Source: Ascidiella aspersa
Taxonomy: Eukaryota
DNA length: 64,000 nucleotides
Reading direction: 5' to 3'
Assembly: GCA_963924565.1 (NCBI GenBank)
Contig: OZ004609.1
Location: 29,078,001-29,142,000, forward strand
Shown: one piece after another, positions 1-10,600 of the stretch
Layout of the letters: the number at the start of each line of letters is the position of its first letter
How positions within the stretch are numbered: position 1 is the first letter of the stretch
The notes under the pieces: model-generated
Seen by the model: only the letters and a program-made list of their open reading frames with translations
What the model was told of the DNA's origin: nothing
Databases searched by the model: none
Made by a program: the position numbers and the translations under genes

Positions 1-104
1 AGGAAATCGCTGTTTCGCAAACGTACACTCCTGTAGGTAAACACAATCCTTGTTATTTAAACGTGCGCAGTGGATTGTTTTAGAAAATTGCCGTTCCACT
101 TAAT

Positions 105-542
105 CAGGGGTGTCCAACAAGCGGCACGCGACCAAATAAAAAATGGCACGCAAGCCCCCCTAAATTACTTAATTTGCTGTTCAGCCAATTGTTAAAAAAA
201 TACCTAATTTTTTATACAGTAAATTGCCATTGTTTATTCACAATATAAAACAATCGCTGCAATCACGACAACTAATAATTACTTACAATACTATCACATT
301 ATATTGTAGTGGAGGCTAGAATTCACATAACTATAAAGTTTGGTGTGAAGAAACAAAAAGCAAAAGTCAGCTCACCGACGAACATTTAGATGCAGTAATG
401 CGCACTGCTAACTACACGTTTGTTATTATTCGTTAAAAAAACGCTTTTATTATTAGAAAGAATTATATTACTAAACTTTGGCACGGGAAGAAGTTATAGG
501 ATAAAAATTGGCACGCCGGCATGTTTGAGCTGGACACCCCTG
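105..542. mobile_element. Non-autonomous hAT (Charlie/Buster-like) element with a transposase remnant
   Basis: TIRs CAGGGGTGTCCA...TGGACACCCCTG; degenerate 8-bp TSD CACTTAAT/CACTAAGT. Internal SQLTDEHLDAVMR (~365-403) resembles the hAT C-terminal motif RSRLTDEHL. Confidence 0.75.
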
Positions 543-1651
543 CACTAAGTGGATGCCGTGTAAAGAATTTTTTTCTACAGAAAAAGCTGCTATGAATGCA
601 TCATGATAAAATATGGCAGCTTAAGTATAATGGTAGGTAACGGCTTCGACGGTTGTCCGATTTTGAATATTTTTATGGTCTGCAATAAATCTGTAAGGTA
701 CTTATTTTCGATCCTTAATAAAAATAACAATTAAATGAATACTTTCCGCACCCATAATACATTAATTTTCACATCCTGAAATAAAACATTTATCTTACTA
801 GCAACGAGAGTCGCAAGTTTACGTATATAATAAACCTTGGTAAATAAGGATTTAACGACATATCGCGAAAAGTAACACTAAATTCGGCTACAGGTTAAAA
901 TTTATTCGTTGAGCATCAGATATCTCTAAGCACAGATACCAGGAAAAACACAAATCTTACAGGATTTTTGGCAAAACGTTTATTGCAACTTTCAACAAAA
1001 GGCAACAAAGAAGGTTAATGCATCACAATGTTACATAATTCTGGTTAATTTTGGCAGCAACTTCACGACGTGATTAGGTAAAAGTAAATGAGGGTTATGC
1101 GCGTTTCTATACAATTATATATAAATGGGTATAGGTAAAACTATTCATATTTCTAAATATAAACTAAACACCACACTCTACAACGGGTTTATATACTGAC
1201 GCTGAACACTTAATGAAAAATAACACAAATAAAACCAATGAGGTAACTGGATAGGCGCCAACAGAATATTTGAAACGCGAACCGTTACCGAACCATTACA
1301 ACGATGAAGGTAGCCGAATTAGAGATATATGTAACATCGCTGAACTAACGAACAGCAACATAAAACAAACTTATATCGGGCCAGGACACTTTTTAGGTAG
1401 TGCTAAACGTAAGATTATACAGATAACGAAAAGCATAGATCACAAAAAACTTGTTAAAAGGGCGAGGATGTAACGTTATTACGAGCCTTGAAACATCAAG
1501 GCCCTGGCAAGAAGTTATATATTTATAGGGGCATTTTAGCACAAAGCAATATATATCACATTGATTAGTTTGTGCATAACAAAAAAAGAGAAACGCAATT
1601 CAAATTGCACGCGATTTCGAGCATGCTGTTGATTTTCGAAGGCACAACAGG

Positions 1652-4600
1652 TTAGGACTCTTTGGCGTGCGGCGCGGGATTCGAACCACGTACCATTAGA
1701 TCCCGGTCGCCGTCGAGGTCCCCAAATGAGTCGGGGGGCTTTTGGCCGAGGGTTTCCGTCAGTTTAAGCGCGAGAAGGCCCCCGATGAGGCTGGTGACGC
1801 CGAAAAGGAAATAGCCCTGACATGGATTGGTCGCCATCTGTGAGATGTAGTTAAAATGTTTCTGGGCTTCTGTTCCGAAAATAAATAAGGCGAAATGTGC
1901 AAAGCACCATTGTCAGGTTTAATTCTTAGAATATACTAAAATCCTTCGAAGATCTCTGATGCGCTATTGCGGGGGATGCAATTTACATAAATATGGCCGG
2001 CTTAACATATTTTAGGAAGACCGTAAAACCGTAGAATTAGAAGATAAAATGTGCAATACGTCAAATTTTCGGCGCCTTCAGTGCGTATAATCATTAATCG
2101 CTCCTTTTTATCTAGGCTGCCTATAGGATATTTGCTTATGATGATGTCTATTGTCGATCGTCAAATATTTCGTAGGTGTGCCGCAGAATTGTTTTGTTGG
2201 TGTACCGCCGAAAAAAGAGGCTGCGGCGCAGTGCAAGTGCAACAAATAAAAATTTATAAAAAACGCAAATAGGTGAAATACCAGCCACTCACCAGAGACT
2301 GCATCGAAGAGGCGAGAATCCCGCCGATCCTAGCGGCCATGGAGCACGACCCGAGAGCCACGTTCCTCACCGAGGTGGGAAAAAGCTCAGGGGTGTAGAC
2401 GTAGATGGCATTGGAGCTGGCGGCAATCGCCATCTTGCCTGTGAGACCAAGCGCCAGGGCCAGGTTCGGGTCTGAAGGCCAAAAGGTTGCTTTGAGCATT
2501 TCGTTAATAGTAGGGAGTGCAGTTAATTAGATCTTAGATCAATCTGCGCTGAAACAAGTTGATATCATTGATTGATTGATGCAAAAAGCAGTATAGAAGA
2601 TGCGTAACAAACTGAATTGTGATGTCACATAAAGATAAAATAAGAATTTATGATACATAATTAACGGCTGAGAAGACATGGTTATGCGAGTTGTGAAAGG
2701 AATTAAAGGCAAAACTATGGGACAGGTTGAGCGGTTATTACAGAAAGCCTTGTATAACCGAATAAGATTGTGTAAGTGATTCTTAAACTGTCATTGAACA
2801 AATTTAGAGAGAACACATTGAGGATTACAAAGTCAAACACAAAAAATCCATATTTCGGTAATTACAAAAAACAAAAAAGGTTAAATCATAAACCACAGAC
2901 AGTAGTAGGCCCGGTGCCTCAGGTCAACCAACTGGGTACCACCCTGGAACTGCATGCGCTCCGTTTTGACGACGCTCAGCTGCGTCACGTGTCACATTTG
3001 AAAACCCAATGAATAAATCCAATAAACGAATTTTTTTCGCGCTTCGCGCGATTAGACTTTACTTCAGATCTATATTTTTGAACGAGATCGTTAGACAACA
3101 ACAAGCATGTTTAAGAATAATCGTTCTATGACGTCACGTTATGACTCTTTCTGACGTCATCTCTAAAAAAATTGTACTGTTGGCGGTGAGATAAATAAAG
3201 ACTGTCAATTCGGCCGTCAAGAGCTAAAAGGTTAGGCACCCCTGCATTAAGGTAATGACTTTACATAAGTGCGTTGATTGAAGTCACTTCTTAATGACTT
3301 GACTTGGACTGAACTTACTTTTTTTGGTAAAATTGTGTTATCTACCTCAGTTTTTCTTGTAGAACAGTTTACTTGTTATTTGCCTTCGTTCTTCGCTAAT
3401 AGGATATTTCGAGCGAGCCAATTAGTAAAATACACATTGTGGTAGTTACGTTAAGTTAATGACTTTACTTCAGTGCACTGATGTCACTGCTTTTAAAATG
3501 GCTTGACTTGACTTGGACAAACATTTTTTGTAAAATTGTGTTATTTACCTCAGTTTTTCTTGCAGAACAGTTTACTTGTTATATGTTTTCGCTTTCGCTA
3601 ATAGGATATTTCGAGCGAGCCAATTAGTAAAATACACATTGTGGTAGTTACGTTAAGTTAATGACTTTACTTCAGTGCACTGATGTCAGTGCTTTGAAAT
3701 GGCTTGACTAGGACTTAACTTAACTTTTTTTTGGTAAATTTGTGTTATTTACCTCAGTTTGTACCTGCAGAACAGTTTACTTGTTATATGTTTTCGTTTT
3801 TCGCTAATAGTCAACGACTTGGGACTTTTGACTTTCAGACCTGTCTGGGTCGTTTTAAACTTTCGCCAGGAACAGTAAAAAATAAAGGAGTCCGCAGGGA
3901 TATAATCATTTAGTTCAGTGTTTTTCCACCTTTTTTTGCGGTGACCAAAATACTAAGCGTGAAAAGCGAACTTTTGGCGACCCAATTCCCTTCACTGAAC
4001 TTTTTGTAAGCGAACATAACATAACATAAAAAGGTTCTAATTCAATTAACATGGGTCATGTTTCGTACTGCTTCTCCAATTAAAAAATTCTTTTTTTGAA
4101 ATCTTGCTCAGAGCCAACCTCAAAAAACAAAATCTTGTGAACGACTGCAGTAGTCGACCCAACCAAATCAAGCAGCGACCGTATTTTGGGTCGCGACCCA
4201 TAGGTGGATTAATGGAAACATGGAATTGAGTGAGTGTACAATACGATCATTTACACATACTTGAAACTCGCATAGTAGCGAAGCAAGCAGCGGCGCTGAT
4301 CAGCATAAACAGGCTAACCGTTCTCTTCCGGCCGAACCTGAAAGGCAAAATAAATAAAAAATGAAAAAAATACGGTCGCGGCAACTTGGTATCTTCGCCT
4401 GGCCGTGCACTTTAACCAGGCGTCACCCAACTGTTTAATAAAGGGCCGAATGACTGTCGATCGCGGGCCGGACTTTTGTGTTGAACCTTATCAACTTGAT
4501 TATTATCGTTCAACGAAGGAAATATAAATGAATATGCAACATAAACTGTACTAAGCTTTGATAAATGGTCGTTCAGTTTAAATTTTCATTAAAACTAAGT

Positions 4601-7600
4601 TCAGGACTGTATCCCAAAACAGTTCAACTCGACTTTATCTCAATTAATAAAATATGCCGCGGGCCGGTAAAACTACCTCTTATGGCCGGATTTGGCCTGC
4701 GGGCCTTAGTATGGTGAACCCTGACTTAGGCCAACAAAATTAACCATATGTTACGCCAAATTTCAGGACTCTGTACTTCACGGCCTGTCGGATGCCTTAG
4801 TATACACGAGATGTATCAGTGTTGTAAATAATAAAGGGCGATACAGGCGAATTACATATAAACATAAGACAATAAAAGGCCGTGAAGTAGAGAGTCCTGA
4901 CACTTTGACGTAACACATATTCGGCAAATCTGTATCTGGAAAAAGACATAATCAAGCAGATCTCTCACCCTCGGCGTTCGAGCAATGCTGTGCAGAGAAA
5001 GGTGGAAGGAATCTCGATGAGTCCGGAAAGGCTGGTGCTGACGTAAGGGTTGGACCCGATGCTGCAGGCCGCCAGGGTCATCGCAAAGTACACGAAGCTG
5101 TTTACGCTCCTGCGGCAGAAGGACAACGGTTGGCGGTTCAATAACGATAAAACAAATCAGTATTTTTGGTGTATGTGCTGCATTTGATGCCTAACTGTGG
5201 TGCAGCTACCAGGTAACTGGATTATTAACTAGCCTTTCAAATAGTTTTTCAGTGCTTAAAGTTTAGGCTTTAGGCAGTGGTTCTCAACCGGGGTGCCGCG
5301 GCGCCCGTGTGTTAATTCTAAAGCTCAAGGGTGCCGATAGCTATTTGAGAATTTTAAGGATCAGATTTTTGCTCAATTGGTAAGCAGCTCGATACAACTG
5401 TTTGTCTACGATTAGAGTCCATTATACCAGATGACATTTTCCTATATGTTTTAAATTGATTCCCGTTCAATTTAGAGTGACATTTCGGTAAAATAGGCCT
5501 TCTCTGAAAAAAACGAAAATTCCAGTCGGCGTACCGAAAATGTATTTATTATTTTTGAAGGGTGCCGTAAGCCATAAAAGGTTGAGATTCACTGGTTAAG
5601 ACCCTTTGCCTAAACCAGGGGTCGGCCCTACCGGCCCGCGGGCCGGATCCGATGCAATTCATCCGGCCCGCCGCCTCTTTGACAAATTAGACACGAGTAT
5701 GTTTCACATACTTTTTGACCATTTAAACTACGTAATTGCAAACAATTTTCGCGCTTCGCGCGAATGTCCACTATATGTCCGGTTTGTTTACGTTTTGATG
5801 TTGCCTTTTTACCTAGATCAGCGATTCTTCACCCGTTGTGCGTATCGCAAAATGGGAAAAAGTATTAAAAAATATTGGATATATATTTTTTAACATTTTT
5901 TATTTTCAGCAATGTAAAAAAAACTTGCCAAAATTTAAAAGAAATACCGGTATACCAAAAAAATCACGCTCGCTTTGATCGCCAGGTGAGCCTCGACTTG
6001 AAACAGTTAACAAACACTGAGCTAGATTAACTTTAAATATTATCGCGTTTCCTCAAACTAGTTTTATTACACTTTTCATTCGCTTCGCGGCAACACTTTG
6101 CTGCCTCTGTAAATGTAATTAAACACGTTTTTAGGTGCAAAAATATCCAAGGCCTGCCTGATTCACAGAACTTGTTCTAACATTTTAATAACACAATTCT
6201 TAGTAATCATTTTGTGCGGCCCGCAGAGACCTTTTTAAGTTTGGTTTTGGCCCGCGACTAGAAAAAGGTTGCCGACCCCTGGCCTAAACCATAAATATGC
6301 TAGCAGAAAGCCAAAACAAATTCCCTCTTATTGATTTTAACATACTGTTAACAGTTGGCTTGTCTAAATCTGTTCTTCAAAGCGCGTGCCTTTATTAAAT
6401 TTCAGAGTAAAACGCCATGCTGGTTAAACACCGGGTGATTTTAACGCAGGACGTAACTATTTGAGAGTTTAACTTCAATCTTAAGTTGGGATTTCGTTTA
6501 GTCAAGTACCATTTGTGCAAAACGAACGAATACGACGTAACCGAGTGTTACGTATGCAACATGTGGTAATGCCGTATAAATACCCACCAAATGCAAAGCA
6601 TGACTAGCGTCCGGCTGGCGGTCACGTGGTGTCGGAGAAGGTCTAATACACTGTAGTTTCGAGTGGTCTGCTGAGTAGGAATGTTTGAACTTGCGGCCAG
6701 GCATATCTCTGCATAAAAAAACTCTCTGTATAGCTGCCTATGGCTGTTAAATAAAAATAAATGTTTTGTGAGTGTTAACCTTAGTGTTTTAGTTTATTTA
6801 AACACTGCTCCTAGTGGCGCGCTTTGCCTAGAGCATGTACGTGTCTTGTTTGTCCTTCATTTGAGACGCGCCTGTGTTAGTGGTAACATCTACTCTGTTG
6901 CGGTGTAAATTAAGTTTTATATTTATTCTGTGTTTATTGCTATTAGTGTTGATAACTTTGTGTGATTCTATTTGAATAAGGAACTAAGGTTTTGTAACCA
7001 TCGTCGTGTTTATTGTTTGTAAACTGATAAAGACTTCAGTGGACATTAACTTTCAATGGTAGCAGAGGATGGTTGTATCTTTTAAATGATGCAGCAAATC
7101 GTTCAATAAAGTCTCCCCCTAAGTTTAGGGAAGATACGCCATATTCATCTTGGAAAAACAAAGTTAAAATGTGGCAACTTGTAACGCCTGTTGTAAAAAA
7201 AGAACAGGCAATTGTTGTCCTTTTGGAAAGCCTAGAGGGCTATGTAAAGGCTGAAAAGGCCGTTGCACAACTTACGCATGGAGATCTGCACTCTGAAACC
7301 GGAATGGAACGACTAATACATTACCTTGACATCGCATTTCAAACGGAGACAGTTGACGAAGCCTACTCAACGTACGCAAATTTCACGAGGTTTGCTAAAA
7401 CTAAAGATATGAGTATGGCAGACTATATTATAGAATTTGAACATTTGTCGTACAAAATGTCCTTTCATAAGATGGAACTTCCGGACGCCATCTTAACCTT
7501 TAAAATATTAGATGGCGCAAATGTAAGCCCTAAAGAACGGCAATTAGCTTTAACTATGGCAAGTGACCTTAAGTTTAGCACAATGAAATCGGGTCTAAAA

Positions 7601-10600
7601 CGAATATTTACAAATCCGCTTAATGCTTGTACCTTGCAATCCCACGCAAAAGATATCAAAGAAGAATCCTATGTGACAAGTAATCAGCATAAATTTAACA
7701 AATCTACCAGTTTTACAAATAATAAAAAATTGAACCCCCAAGACAAATTTGGTAAAATATCCAGATGTGTTATATGTGACTCCAAGATGCATTGGGCAAA
7801 TCAATGTCCACATAAGAGTGGAAATGCTTCGGTAAATGTTACGGAATACACACAGGAAGTGCAAATTAATTTAGTGCTGTTTTCGAGTTATAAAGAAATT
7901 TTTTTAGCAGAAACATTTCAATCTGCAATTATTGACACAGCGTGCTCAAAAACAGTTTGTGGCCAACATTGGCTTCAAAATTATGTGGATAACTTAGATG
8001 TTGATTTTAAGAAAAAAGTAAAGTTTACCCCATCTCACACTGTTTTTCGTTTTGGTGATGGGAGAAAAGTAGTCTCTGAAAAGAAAGTATTAATTCCAGC
8101 ATTAATCGCAGGAAAATCTTGCCATATTGATGCTGCGGTTATAAAAGACGATTTACCTTTATTGTTGAGTAAATCCTCATTAAAACGGGCAAGCACTACG
8201 CTTGACCTTGCACATGATTGTGCAACAATGTTTAACAAAGATGTTGAACTATTTCTTTCAAGCAGTGGTCACTACTGTGTCAACATTTCACCTAGCAGAG
8301 AAGGGGAATCTTCTGAGAATGTTCTGCTTCTACAGAACATGACCGATGCAGATAAACGTAAGAGTATTGGTAAACTACATTTACAGTTTGGGCATGCTTC
8401 AATCGAAAATCTGCAGAGGCTGCTGAAAAATGCCAACTGTCAAAGTTCCAAACTTTCCTGTCTGATCAAGGAGGTTGTTCAATCGTGCGATATCTGCAGG
8501 CGATATAAGAAGCCTGCTGCGAGACCAATAGTCGGACTTTCGTGGGCTGAGGACGTCAATGATGTGGTAGCCATGGACCTTCACGAACTGCAACCTAATT
8601 TATGGTATTTTCATATGATAGATATGTTTTCGAGATTTAGCGTTGCAGTAATTATAAAATGTAAAACGTCGACTACTATAGTAAAACACTTTTAAGTATT
8701 GGATTAGTATCTTTGGTGCTCCTAAACGCGTTTTCAGTGACAATGGGCGCGAATTTAATACCAATAAGTTTCATGAGATGTGCAGTCGTTTTAATATTAA
8801 GATAACAACTACAGCCGCCTACTCACCTTGGAGCAATGGTCTATGTGAACGCCACAACCTAATTCTGACTGAAACCCTACACAAAGTAAGAGCAGAAGGT
8901 GCTTGTGATTGGGACACGGCCTTGGCTTGGGCGTTAAGTGCGAAGAACGCACTTATTAACCAAAATGGGTTTAGCCCGTCTCAAATTGTGTTTGGCCGTA
9001 ACGCAAATTTACCTTCTGTGTTTACAGATAATTTTCCAGCACTCAGTATGTCAGACCCACACAGTTCAACAGTGGGAGACCACATTTCAGCACTTCAAAC
9101 AGCTCGAAAGGCTTTGATTGCCGCGGAGTGCTCTGAAAAGATTCGCAGAGCTTTGAGAAAACAGACACGACAAACCCGTGACACGTATATTCAAGGTGAT
9201 CGTGTTTATTATAAACGTCAGGATCAAAGAGAATGGAAGGGGCCCGCAACAGTGCTCGGTCAAGATGGGCCTGTTGTTTTTATACGTCACGGTGGTCAGT
9301 TTATCAAAGCACATAATTGTAGAGTACAATTAGTTGAACCTGCGTCTGTCAATAGTCAACCGTTAACCAGTAATTCCGCAGATAGCATTCCTGCAAAGCA
9401 AACCTCACGTTTGTCGTCATCAGGGCAGGAAGATGATAGCATTTCTAATTCTGACGACTCTTCTATTGATCAATATGATACTGTTAATGATTTTACTGTA
9501 GGGAATAGAGCCTCTTTTTTAGATCGCGTTTCTGTTGACACTTCTGCTGATGCCGGCATCCCTGTTGCTTCGGGTGATACTTCGGTTGCACACGAAACGG
9601 GTCCTGTGGCTGAACCTCGTATGGCTATCCAGCCAGTTCTTGGTGGAAAGTCGCTTGTAAATAAGTGTGTAAAGTTTAATAACAGAGATGGCGTTTTATG
9701 TTCAGCTACAGTTCTAAGTCGAGCTGGAAAGGCAACCGGTAAGCACAGAAACGCCTACAATATCAAGTACAACCATCCAAAGGAGCTCGATGGCATTAAA
9801 GGTTGGATAAATTTTGACGACGTTTCAGATTTATCATACCTAACGCAACAGGAGAATGTGAGTACGGATGAGGTGTTTATTAACAGCCCGGTATGTTATG
9901 ATATTGCTAAGCTTGCGAAGTTGAAAAGCTGGAAAGATAATGCTGTGTATGAGGTTGTGCCTCAGCATAATCAGAAAGCCGTTTCGGTTCGCTGGGTTTG
10001 TTCCATGAAACAAACAGATAAGGGTTTGTTACCAAAGGCACGTTTGGTTGCTAGAGGTTTTGAAGAGCGCAACCTCACTAGTTTGGAAAAGGAATCCCCG
10101 ACGGGTTCTAAAGATTCTTTAAGAGTAATGTCTACTATTATACAATGTCAACACTGGGCATTAAATAGTATCGATATAAAGACAGCGTTTCTCCAGGGTA
10201 ACCTTGTTCAGCGGGATATTTTTCTTAAACCACCTTTAGAAGCTAAACAACCTCAGGTGTACTATGGAAGCTCAAGAAGTGCGTGTACGGCCTTGTTGAT
10301 GCATCCCGATTGTGGTATGAACGGGTTAAAGGTTTTATGTTATCAGTTGGGTGTAAATTATCTCGTCTTGATCATGCTTTATTTTACATGCACGATGGAA
10401 AAGAATTGCAGGGAATACTGTTGGTGTACGTTGATGACTTTTTATGGGCTGGATCACAATATTTTGAAGACAGCGTCATCCAACCACTTCGAAGTACCTT
10501 TCAAGTAGGAAAGGAAAGTTCAGAAAGTTTCCGCTATATCGGGTTGGATGTTATGCATGATCAAAAAGGTATTGCTTTTAATCAAGATAAGTACATTGAC

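Noticed and set aside
3254-3810. CRISPR-like array (also 30790-31318)
   Set aside because: Whole units repeat with no unique spacers, and the context is a eukaryotic intron.
6965-7020. Functional SL RNA gene inside the LTR
   Set aside because: The SL exon is followed by GAACT rather than a GT donor, and I see no recognisable Sm-site intron moiety.
8685-8700. Programmed ribosomal frameshift in the retroelement
   Set aside because: The break falls inside the integrase catalytic core, not at a gag/pol boundary, and two more breaks follow.
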